A stretch of DNA of 64,000 nucleotides from positions 6,240,001 to 6,304,000 of the forward strand of contig OZ244561.1 in assembly GCA_965217585.1 (NCBI GenBank), read 5' to 3'. The position numbers and the translations under genes were made by a program. Positions 10,068 through 18,837 of this stretch are shown here, one piece after another (the stretch's first letter is position 1; each line of letters starts with the position of its first letter). This stretch comes from Candidatus Latescibacterota bacterium (GTDB taxonomy: Bacteria; Latescibacterota; UBA2968; UBA8231). The notes below the pieces were generated by a model. It did not search any database, was not told the DNA's origin, and saw nothing but the letters and a program-made list of their open reading frames with translations.

Positions 10068-11336
10068 TCAGATCGGAAAAGACAACTGTTCCTCCTTCGA
10101 ACTAGTGTGATCGGGCAGTTCAAAACGCACCGGTCGCAACTTCTTGATGACCACTCCTTGCTCGACAGCCCTCTTCATCCAAATGTCGAACTGAGTCTGC
10201 ACAAGGCCATAGTGGCTTTCCAACTCTGATTTTTTGCGAGGCCCGTTCGCAAGCCGTTCGCGGAGCGACTGAATGAAGTGTCCGTATAGGTCAGAACTCT
10301 GCTCCTGCGGTCTGGTGTGCTCGGGCTGTTCCGAGACGTTTCCAGCACCAGAAGGAGCGGTCCCTACTTCAGTGTCTGCATATAAGGAGTCGGCCTCTAT
10401 TTGCCCTGATGAGGCGGCTGATTGATCCAAGGCACAAATCCGCTGGATTACCTCCTGCGGGGGACCTTGTGCATGATGGACGCTTAAAAGGGCCGTATTG
10501 CCAGAACCATCGCTGTCTTGGCGGACCCAGATAGGCACCCATTGTTTCTTCATGTTCTCAATGGCACCTTCCCAAGTGCCACCTTTTATACCGGAATGAA
10601 CAACTAACGCTCTATCGGACAGGCAGTAGATGTACTTATTCCTTTGCATGGCCTTGCCGACGGTGAAACCTGCTTCGGGGTTAAATGGCGAGACCAGCAC
10701 CAGATTCTGAGACCGCAGATAGGATCGGTACATCTTACTTGACGACGCGCGTAGCAGGCTGTCCGCAAGAATGCCGACAACAGTGCCTTCCCTGTCCAGT
10801 GCCCCGAACATCGCGGCTTGGTCAATCCCCTTCGCTCCGCCCGATACGACGGAGTAACCGGCTTCAGCCACAGCTCCGCCGAACGCCTGAGTCCAAGAAA
10901 GATCGCGCTCCGAAGCCGCTCGAGAGCCGACGACCGCGATTCCTCCAGAGCACAGCAGCGTTCGGCGACCGCAGCCGTACAGCACTGCGGGGGATGCTTG
11001 GCCGAGCCGCTTCTTTAGGCGGGCTGGATAGTCCTCGTCGGCGCTCGTCAACCACCATAAGCCAGCTTGTGCCCACCTATCCTTGGCAAGCCCCAAGGCA
11101 CTTCCTCGGTCTAGAAGCCTTTTGATCCGCTCCGTAGTTCCCCTAGGGTCGGACCTGTCTCCCAAGACTTCATCCGCATTCTCCAAGAGGTGGTCTGGGG
11201 TTGCATTCTGTTTCTCGAGCCAACTCGCAAACGCCCCCCATTCTTCCGTCGTTAAAGGTTTCGCTCCGCTGTCATCAGAGCCGGAAAGGTGTGCCGTCAG
11301 GAGCAGCACCGCATCGCTGTTGCCAGATGTAGCCAT
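10068..11336 (-). CDS. DprA/Smf-like protein (RqlI-like) with C-terminal winged-helix-like extension
   Basis: DEDYPARL, IAVVGSR, VVSGGAKGID, AMQRNKYIYCLS, GGTWEGA motifs; 3 bp downstream of the RecQ-like gene. Confidence 0.88.
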   Translation of the reverse strand: MATSGNSDAVLLLTAHLSGSDDSGAKPLTTEEWGAFASWLEKQNATPDHLLENADEVLGDRSDPRGTTERIKRLLDRGSALGLAKDRWAQAGLWWLTSADEDYPARLKKRLGQASPAVLYGCGRRTLLCSGGIAVVGSRAASERDLSWTQAFGGAVAEAGYSVVSGGAKGIDQAAMFGALDREGTVVGILADSLLRASSSKMYRSYLRSQNLVLVSPFNPEAGFTVGKAMQRNKYIYCLSDRALVVHSGIKGGTWEGAIENMKKQWVPIWVRQDSDGSGNTALLSVHHAQGPPQEVIQRICALDQSAASSGQIEADSLYADTEVGTAPSGAGNVSEQPEHTRPQEQSSDLYGHFIQSLRERLANGPRKKSELESHYGLVQTQFDIWMKRAVEQGVVIKKLRPVRFELPDHTSSKEEQLSFPI

Positions 11337-11339
11337 TTT

Positions 11340-13418
11340 TCAACCTCCTATGCCCGCTGTTGCCAGTCCTACAGGATAAACCAAGCCGCTGCCGGAGCGC
11401 CGTAGGAGCGCCGCCAGAACAGTCATCGTCCAGCGTGAGTCAACTACATCGTCAACGAGTAGGACGGGTGAAGCTGGAACTTTGCCGACGACTTTGAACG
11501 CGCCGTCGAGATTTCGGCACTGATGAAAGGTGTTCTCCTGTTGTTTCTGTGGCGGGCAGTCTCGTACTTTCTGGATCACATCGTAGAACGGCAGCTTGAG
11601 CTTATCTGCCAAGCGTCGTGCAAAATCAGGAACCAGAGTTGGGCACCGAAGCGATGGAACGCAAGCAACCCATTTCACAGGCGGGTCGGGCTGCCATCGC
11701 TCTCGGATCATTTCAGCCACTGCGTGGACAAGCTCGTCCCGGAAGTGCTCAGATTCCTTGTCCTCGGCGACGAGCGCACCCCAGCCAGCATCTCCCCACT
11801 GGGACAGAATTCGCCCCTCCGATGCCTGTAGCTCCGGTACTAAGCGGTCATCAGGGAACCCGTAGGTCGGCAGCACTCCTTTGCGGATGCTCTTTCTCGG
11901 CTCAAACGGCAGTTCCGATCTGCGTAGAAAACGGATCGCTTCCACCTCTAGTGCGTGCTCGACTGTGGTTGCGATTACGGGCTTTCCTATGCAGTTCGCG
12001 CACTTGCCGCATCTACCGGCTGCGGGATCGTCCAGCATGTGTCCGAGGTATTCCATGAAGCAGTCGTCGGTATCGACGTACTCTTGGAACTCTTGCCACT
12101 CGCGGTCCCTCTGACTAGAAAGTCGATGAATGCGTTCCTGATCCAATTCGAATTCGGCTGCGGTGCGATGCCATTTTGAATCGTCCTTTATGATGGGTGA
12201 AGGAACTTCGACGCTGAGAACTTTCAGTACCTGATCAATTTGGCTCTGGCGCATGTTTAGCTGTTTCTGTAGTTCAGCGATGGACTGGCCGTCAGAGTCT
12301 TCCAAGGCATCGAGTACTTTCTCAACCGCACGTTCTGGCGGGAAGGCTGTTCGCCGAAAATAGTCGTGGATCTGCTCATCTTCCTCTCCTGCGAGCAGGA
12401 TCCCAACGGCGCTAGGGATAGCCCGGCCGGCTCTGCCTACCTGCTGATAGTAGGCGACGACCGAGCTAGGAGCCTGATAGTGGATGACGAAGCTGAGGTC
12501 TGGCTTGTCGTATCCCATGCCTAAGGCTGTGGTAGCGACTAGGACTTTGATCTCGTTGTTCAGCAGCATGTTTTCCAACCGGCGGCGTTTATCGTGATCA
12601 GCGCCTGCATGGTAGGCCCGAGCTGAAATGCCATGCTGAGCCAGCCAAGTGGCAACCTGTTCGGCGTCGCGCTTGGTGAGTACATACACTATGCCACTGC
12701 CTGGGATCTGCGGAATTGATTGGGCAAGCCACGCCAAGCGCGAGGCTTGATTGTCGAGCCTTATGGTTTGGAGCGAAAGCGAGTGACGCGAGAGTGGGCC
12801 GCGCTGGATTTGGAAATCCGCTAGCTGCGTCTTAATGTCGCCAATCACCCGGTCGTTGGCAGTTGCGGTCGTGCCGAGGACCGGTGTATTGCGCGGAAGC
12901 ATTCTCAGCACGTTGGTCAAGCGCCGGTAATCAGGCCGGAAGTCATGGCCCCAGTCGGAAATACAATGCGCCTCGTCCACAACCAGTAGGCCGATACGAT
13001 CTGCGATCTTCATCAGTGTGCTCTGGCGAAAGTCTTCGTTCGCGAGTCGTTCGGGCGTTATCAGCAAGGCGTCGATCTGATCGTTAATCACGTCCGTGAC
13101 GGTGGCGTCCCAGTCATCGCGATTGGACGAGTCGATCGATGCGGCGCGTATCCCGAGTCGCTGTGCCGCCTCAACCTGATTTCGCATCAGGGCCAGCAGC
13201 GGCGATACGATGATGGTTGGGCCGCGATCTGCGTCGCGGAAGATTCTCGTGGCGACGAAGTACACTGCACTCTTGCCCCAACCTGTCCGTTGCACTAGGA
13301 GCAGCTTGGCTCTCCGATTCGACACGGCATCAATCGCTTCCCATTGCCCAGCCCTGAATCGCGCATCGGGGTTGCCTACAGCTATCTGTAGAAGCCTCTC
13401 CGCTTGTTGTCTATTCAT
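11340..13418 (-). CDS. RecQ-like helicase with C-terminal phosphoribosyltransferase-like domain (RqlH-like)
   Basis: TGWGKS, DEAHCISDWGHDFRPDY, TTATA, ATTALGMGYDKPD, QQVGRAGR, Zn site C...CGKCANC, PRPP-loop VLLVDDVVDSRWT. Confidence 0.92.
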   Translation of the reverse strand: MNRQQAERLLQIAVGNPDARFRAGQWEAIDAVSNRRAKLLLVQRTGWGKSAVYFVATRIFRDADRGPTIIVSPLLALMRNQVEAAQRLGIRAASIDSSNRDDWDATVTDVINDQIDALLITPERLANEDFRQSTLMKIADRIGLLVVDEAHCISDWGHDFRPDYRRLTNVLRMLPRNTPVLGTTATANDRVIGDIKTQLADFQIQRGPLSRHSLSLQTIRLDNQASRLAWLAQSIPQIPGSGIVYVLTKRDAEQVATWLAQHGISARAYHAGADHDKRRRLENMLLNNEIKVLVATTALGMGYDKPDLSFVIHYQAPSSVVAYYQQVGRAGRAIPSAVGILLAGEEDEQIHDYFRRTAFPPERAVEKVLDALEDSDGQSIAELQKQLNMRQSQIDQVLKVLSVEVPSPIIKDDSKWHRTAAEFELDQERIHRLSSQRDREWQEFQEYVDTDDCFMEYLGHMLDDPAAGRCGKCANCIGKPVIATTVEHALEVEAIRFLRRSELPFEPRKSIRKGVLPTYGFPDDRLVPELQASEGRILSQWGDAGWGALVAEDKESEHFRDELVHAVAEMIRERWQPDPPVKWVACVPSLRCPTLVPDFARRLADKLKLPFYDVIQKVRDCPPQKQQENTFHQCRNLDGAFKVVGKVPASPVLLVDDVVDSRWTMTVLAALLRRSGSGLVYPVGLATAGIGG

Positions 13419-13479
13419 CCTAAATACCTCTTATAAATACCTAACGAAGCGAATAAAACAGCGTCAAGCTCAAGTCAAA

Positions 13480-13522
13480 GGCGGCCATCTCAGCACATCG
13501 AGATGGCCGCCCTTTTTGTTTT
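13480..13522. terminator. Rho-independent terminator-like hairpin
   Basis: 12-bp perfect stem GGCGGCCATCTC/GAGATGGCCGCC; T-tract on + strand, only TTT on - strand. Confidence 0.75.
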
Positions 13523-13578
13523 AATCTTAATGATAAGCAGCCTTGAGGATTTTGAGGCGAGGATGTTTGAATGGTATC

Positions 13579-16464
13579 TTAGAAAGCCTCATCGTCTTGC
13601 GCTGCTTGGGCTGCATTCATAATACGACCAAAGCTAGTAGCCCCATACCTTATAGTTAAGGAACTCTCAGAAGAGGAAAATGCCCCTGCTTCTACCGTAA
13701 TGGAAGAAAGAGGATCATGCCTCTCAAGATGATAATACTTGACTAATTCACGGTCGCCGTCTTCCAACGCCCGCAAAAAGTCGTCGTCGCGCTTCAAGAC
13801 ACTAGAGGACTTTAAATAGTCAAAAGTCTGGGCGATTCCAGATAGATCTCCTGATACTGACTCATTTACAATATGTCTGAGGTTCGCTCCGTACTTGCCG
13901 TCTAGGGACTTAACAACACGGTCAAAGTCACCTCGAACAGCCTGACCATACTTATCATTCTTATTAATTTTTCCTAACCCAGTGATTCTAAGTATTCCTA
14001 ACTCATCATGTACATAGACAAGATAAGAGTCAAACAGAGGATGAGGGTTCGGGGGATTATCAACGCTGTATACAGACAGAATTCCACCTATTACATTCGA
14101 GGGATCACCTAACTCTATACCTTGTAAGGGTCCCGCCTCAAGCGGAAGTCCAAAAGGAGAGGGTGCATTACTCATAACAACTCCTGTGGGTGGGTTAGTA
14201 GAACGTGAGTGCTCTACAGGGCCTTTGGGAGGGGAAGGAGGTTCAGAAGGTGGTTTGGAGGACGACGCGGGCGGTAAGTAGGTCGGACCGCTGCCAATGG
14301 GACGTAACTTGTCAAGCTCTCCACCCGGAACAACGCGACCTTGCTGTTTCATCTTGTGCAGAATACTTCGCAGAAGAGAGCGTGCTGGCAAGCGCTTGTC
14401 TAGGTGGGTCAGATTGGCAAGCACCACAAAGTGTTCCTGCGCTCTACTAACCGCGACGTTGATAAGACGCGCCCCAATATGGTCAGGCGGCACCCCCCGC
14501 ACGAACTGTCCCAGATTCCTATGTGCGCCGCTTTCGGGGATTTCCAACAGCACCATTCGACGTTCGTCCCCTTGAAAACGATGAACGGTTCCGCACTGCA
14601 CTAAGTTGTCGAGGCTATCCTCTTTGAGCAGCTTTTGGATCTGGCGCGCCTGCGCGGAATAAGGTGTGCAGATGCCGAGGTCGTGGTTGGTTTCTATCAC
14701 ACCATTCTGTCGAAGATACCACACAAAGTTCCTCACGAGCAATGCATGGAGTTTGTTGAAGCGTGAACCATTATTCTGGCTCTCGACCGGCCTAAGATCA
14801 GACGTGTCGATGATCGTGAGAGGCTTTTCAAACGGATTTGGTGGCAAACGACCGAGTACCTTTTTTCGTGTTGGGGAGGTCCTCAGTTTATCTTCGTACA
14901 TTGGCCCGGAGATAAGTCCACAGATCTCAGGGTGCATCCGATACTGTGTGGTCAGCATTGCCAGGCCGGGAGCATCGGGTTTTGTCCGTTCCGTTGCGGT
15001 GAAGGAATCGATCCCTAGCTCTTGGAAGATTGCCTCCTGTTCGGTCGTCACAATAGATGGTATCTGACGAAAATCGCCCGAGATTACCACTCGCTGGCTC
15101 GCCAGACCTGCCGAGAACCATACTGCCGGCCGGATAACCATTGACGCCTCGTCAACGATAACCAAGTCAAATTGGCCGATCTCTCCTGTGAGGTATGCTG
15201 TAGTGCAGGTCGCGCCAACGATCCTCGCATCCCTTAGCACTGTCTTCCGCAGTGCTGCGGTCTCCGCCTTTGTTTCGCGTATTTCGGCAACCAACTCATC
15301 GCGTTGCTGTTTGGCTTTGTCGATGCTGGCTTGCGCATTCGTCCTGTCTTCAACAGCCTTAGCGGATCGGCGATTATCGCGCGTTTGCCTCGCCTGTTCG
15401 AAGCGCTGGCAAGCCGTCGCATACTGCTCTTTCAACTTCTGGGTATAGGCATCATTCCGTGCGATCTCTGCTTCGAGTTGACTCTTTTTTCCCTCTAGCT
15501 CGGCTGAGCGCCGCTCTGCAATCTCGTCGATTGCCACATATTTGCCATATTTGGACTCCAGTTTGTCATCGGCGATTCGACCTAAACGGACAACTTTACC
15601 CCCTTCCATGGCAGGATGTTCATGGGTAAGTGCTTCGCAAATCTTATAAAGAACCTGATCTACGGCCTTGTTTGTGTTGGAGCATATCAGTGTTCGCTTC
15701 CCGCTGTTGAACGCCGAGTGCACAATCGCGCTTAACGTCATGGTTTTGCCACAACCGGGAGGACCCCAAATGAACGTTACTGCCTCTCTAAGTGCAGTAT
15801 AGTAGGCTGCACGCTGACTGTCGTCTAGTTCAGAACCGCCATTTGCTTGGATTGGATGAACTGGCCTGTTGGGCAAGACCCCTGGCTGGACCACCACGTC
15901 GGCGAGAGTGCGGTTGAGCGTGATTTCTCCTTTATTGACTGCTTCGATTTTCTCCTTGAGTGCCTCCAAAAGTGCGGTCTTATAAATCAGAAGCATGGCA
16001 GAGCGCACTTCGTCGCCGATATCCTCCTTCAGGGCCAAGACCAGATGGCCAGCTCCAATCGACACGATTGTTCCCTCAACCCGCCGCTGATCGACTTGAA
16101 TCTCGACTTGATCTTCCCGCTCTATCTCGACTTGGGCTTCCCGGTCCACCTTATCGGAAAAAAGAAAACGGTAGGAAATGTCGTCACCGGCTGTCTCGAT
16201 ACGACGGCCTTTCTTAAGCTCATAGCGTTTCTGACCCGCCCTACTTGTCTTCATTTCTCGGATTAGCTCTCCGAGTGCCGCAATGAAGCGATCGGGAAGA
16301 TCCGCATCGTCTAGGCGAATCTTGGGACGAGAAGAGACCTCAGATGGTGGCTTAGGAGGTGGCGCGGATGTCTGGCGCTTTTCTGGATTTATAGGCGGTT
16401 GGGCGGGCGTTCTCTCCTGCTGCGCTCGTTTAAGCGCTCGTTCATATGCATTCGGCAATGTCAT
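13579..16464 (-). CDS. Superfamily 1 (Upf1/DNA2-like, AAA_11/AAA_12) helicase with coiled coil and an unrelated C-terminal domain
   Basis: WGPPGCGKT, SNTNKAVD, VDEASM, GDFRQ, QYRMHPEI, TVHRFQGDE, INVAVSRA. Confidence 0.9.
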   Translation of the reverse strand: MTLPNAYERALKRAQQERTPAQPPINPEKRQTSAPPPKPPSEVSSRPKIRLDDADLPDRFIAALGELIREMKTSRAGQKRYELKKGRRIETAGDDISYRFLFSDKVDREAQVEIEREDQVEIQVDQRRVEGTIVSIGAGHLVLALKEDIGDEVRSAMLLIYKTALLEALKEKIEAVNKGEITLNRTLADVVVQPGVLPNRPVHPIQANGGSELDDSQRAAYYTALREAVTFIWGPPGCGKTMTLSAIVHSAFNSGKRTLICSNTNKAVDQVLYKICEALTHEHPAMEGGKVVRLGRIADDKLESKYGKYVAIDEIAERRSAELEGKKSQLEAEIARNDAYTQKLKEQYATACQRFEQARQTRDNRRSAKAVEDRTNAQASIDKAKQQRDELVAEIRETKAETAALRKTVLRDARIVGATCTTAYLTGEIGQFDLVIVDEASMVIRPAVWFSAGLASQRVVISGDFRQIPSIVTTEQEAIFQELGIDSFTATERTKPDAPGLAMLTTQYRMHPEICGLISGPMYEDKLRTSPTRKKVLGRLPPNPFEKPLTIIDTSDLRPVESQNNGSRFNKLHALLVRNFVWYLRQNGVIETNHDLGICTPYSAQARQIQKLLKEDSLDNLVQCGTVHRFQGDERRMVLLEIPESGAHRNLGQFVRGVPPDHIGARLINVAVSRAQEHFVVLANLTHLDKRLPARSLLRSILHKMKQQGRVVPGGELDKLRPIGSGPTYLPPASSSKPPSEPPSPPKGPVEHSRSTNPPTGVVMSNAPSPFGLPLEAGPLQGIELGDPSNVIGGILSVYSVDNPPNPHPLFDSYLVYVHDELGILRITGLGKINKNDKYGQAVRGDFDRVVKSLDGKYGANLRHIVNESVSGDLSGIAQTFDYLKSSSVLKRDDDFLRALEDGDRELVKYYHLERHDPLSSITVEAGAFSSSESSLTIRYGATSFGRIMNAAQAAQDDEAF

Positions 16465-16725
16465 ACTTGTCTCTTTTATGATCTTCTAGATAGGCTTCCC
16501 GCCAGCGTCTCTGGCTGATGGCCGCTCAAATTCGGCTCGCAAGCCGTCGAGAAACAGCGGATTAATATAACTTGATGTGGGCGGGTATCCAGTGGCCAAT
16601 CGAGCAGACGCCTAAAGGCGATGCGATTTTGCAGACCTACACGGTGCCACGGGATCGCCTATTCATAATGTGTCCATAGGCGGAGCACCTTGAGTTTTTT
16701 CTTTTTGTGCGGGTTATATCCGTTG

Positions 16726-18273
16726 TCACGCCCGCTCCACGTCAAACGCCGTGACATTGCGCTCGTCCTTGCTAAACTCCACGCCGATTAGGTAAATCGG
16801 CTGCTCCAAGGCGCGATACTTATCCGCATACCGCCGCTCCTGCAACTGCGCCATCGCCGCACCCGCTGACGCCATCTCGACCACCTTGAACTCAAACAGA
16901 TAGACATGGCTGTTGAATAGAACCGCCATGTCTAAGCGGCCGTGGCTACTGCTGTCCTCCACCGCGATGTTCAGTCCTAGCCCTGCGAAATAGGAGTAGA
17001 ACACGCTGGCGTAGTAGCCCTCGTAACGGGCGATGTCGTTGTTGGTGTACCATTCGTAGGGAATGCTAGCGAAAAAGGCGTGGAACAGCGTCTCCAGCCC
17101 GGCGAAGTCGTTGGCTTCCAACAGCCGATACAGTCGAACGCTGTTGGCCATCTGCCGAGTCGCATCCTGCACCAAGTAGCGCAACAGGCTCTCGTTGAGA
17201 CTCTGTAGCACCTCTTGGTTGGGATAGCCCAATTGATAGAGCCGCTTGCCCCCCAGATCTTCGGCACTCTTGATGGTCAGGTAGCCAGTCTGGAACAGCA
17301 GGGCCTCGGTCGCTATGTCATCCACGTCAAAGGTCGAGAGCAACTCGTCGCTGCCGATCATAGCGTCGAGTTCGAGGGAACTCACCTGCCGCTTGAACAG
17401 CGTTTCGACCAGAAACGTCGGCGTGCCGGTCTCAAACCAGTAGGCCCCGAAGGTGCGCTTGTCGAACAGCAGCAGAATGTCGAAGGGGTTGTACACCTTC
17501 TCGTCGCCGAGCCAACTGTAGCCATTGTACCAGTTGCGAATCTGATCCCGGTCCAAGCCGGAGAGTTCTGGCGCGAATACCGCGTCCAAGTCGCGCTCGG
17601 TATAGCCGCAGATAGCCGAGTAGCGCGGGTCTAAAGTGATGTCGGTGAGATTGTTGAGGCCGGAAAACAGGCGCACTTTGGAAAATTTGCTGACACCGGT
17701 GATGAATGTGAAGCGGACGTGCGCGTCGCAGTCCTTGATGACCGCATAGAGGCCGCGCAGAAAGTCGCGGTTGGCGCGGGCGATGTCCGGCACTTCCAGC
17801 GCATCGAGAATCGGCTTGTCGTATTCGTCGATTAGCACGGCGACCGGCTGCCCGGCTTGGTCGTGTAGGGCCTCCAGTAGAAAGGCAAAACGGCCGGGTG
17901 CCGTAGCGTACTCGGAGACAATCCCCGCCCGGCGTTCGGCCGCGGCGAGTTGCTCCATGAGCGTGGCTTCCACGTAGCCGGACTCTTTGAAGTTGCCGCT
18001 GCCAAAGCTGAGCCGCAGGACCGGATAGCGAATTGACCAATCCCAGTGGTCGTGGATGGCCAGCCCCGCAAACAGCGGCTCGTTGCCCTCGAACAACTCT
18101 TTCAAGGTGTCCAAGAATAGGCTCTTGCCGAAGCGACGCGGGCGCGACAGGAAGTAGTGCGTACCCTCGTCGAGCAGCCGGCGGATGTAGGTGGTCTTAT
18201 CGACGTAGTAGCAGTCCTCTTCCCGAATTTTGCGGAAGGTCTGAATGCCGATAGGCAGTCTGCGTTTGCTCAT
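16726..18273 (-). CDS. AAA-ATPase-like protein with C-terminal PD-(D/E)XK nuclease domain (PDDEXK_9/DUF1703 type)
   Basis: LPIGIQTF, YYVDKT, SRPRRFGKSL, LIDEYDKP, WYNGY, GRLDM...YLFEFK. Confidence 0.92.
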   Translation of the reverse strand: MSKRRLPIGIQTFRKIREEDCYYVDKTTYIRRLLDEGTHYFLSRPRRFGKSLFLDTLKELFEGNEPLFAGLAIHDHWDWSIRYPVLRLSFGSGNFKESGYVEATLMEQLAAAERRAGIVSEYATAPGRFAFLLEALHDQAGQPVAVLIDEYDKPILDALEVPDIARANRDFLRGLYAVIKDCDAHVRFTFITGVSKFSKVRLFSGLNNLTDITLDPRYSAICGYTERDLDAVFAPELSGLDRDQIRNWYNGYSWLGDEKVYNPFDILLLFDKRTFGAYWFETGTPTFLVETLFKRQVSSLELDAMIGSDELLSTFDVDDIATEALLFQTGYLTIKSAEDLGGKRLYQLGYPNQEVLQSLNESLLRYLVQDATRQMANSVRLYRLLEANDFAGLETLFHAFFASIPYEWYTNNDIARYEGYYASVFYSYFAGLGLNIAVEDSSSHGRLDMAVLFNSHVYLFEFKVVEMASAGAAMAQLQERRYADKYRALEQPIYLIGVEFSKDERNVTAFDVERA

Positions 18274-18471
18274 GGCTGTCTCCTTGGCTTTTGGGTCGGG
18301 ACGTGGTTATCTGCTTGTGGCCACTTCCGCACGGACCCCTTCAGCACAGAGTTGCGCGATGGCTTTGGTAGGGCTGGCTAGGTCCTCGTATTATCTTAGG
18401 CATGGTCGGCGTTAGCGTGTTCAATATCGACGAGATTACAAAACAGCGTCAAGCCTAAGCAAGAGGAGAAG

Positions 18472-18837
18472 ATGTCGGCGCTTACTACAATGGGTAAAGT
18501 GCGCGGGGTGATCGTCTGCGCCGTATTAATCGGGGGATGTGCGCTGATCGCCACGCCGGCCACATCCCCGGAACCCTCGCCCAAAGCCGCGCAGCTTTTG
18601 GCCACCGGCGGCTATGTGGAGGCGCACCTGATGCGCCGCTTTGCCGAGGGGCATTTGTTGGTGCGGTTGCCGGACGGAGACGTCTGGTTGCTCGACCCCA
18701 AAGAGCATTGTTCGTGGTGCTGGATCTACGTCGGTAAGAAGGTATGGGTCAAGCTGGGCAAGCACTCGGGCACGCTCCTCAACCCCAAGGGCGAGACGGC
18801 CGAGTGTTGGAACGGCGGGCAGATGAGCAAGTACTAA
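18472..18837 (+). CDS. Hypothetical secreted protein/lipoprotein
   Basis: RBS GAGGAG; hydrophobic N-terminus ending LIGGC; CSWC motif. Confidence 0.6.
   Translation: MSALTTMGKVRGVIVCAVLIGGCALIATPATSPEPSPKAAQLLATGGYVEAHLMRRFAEGHLLVRLPDGDVWLLDPKEHCSWCWIYVGKKVWVKLGKHSGTLLNPKGETAECWNGGQMSKY

Noticed and set aside
9912-10229. 105-aa + strand ORF at the island edge
   Set aside because: TTG start, overlaps dprA antisense, no motifs
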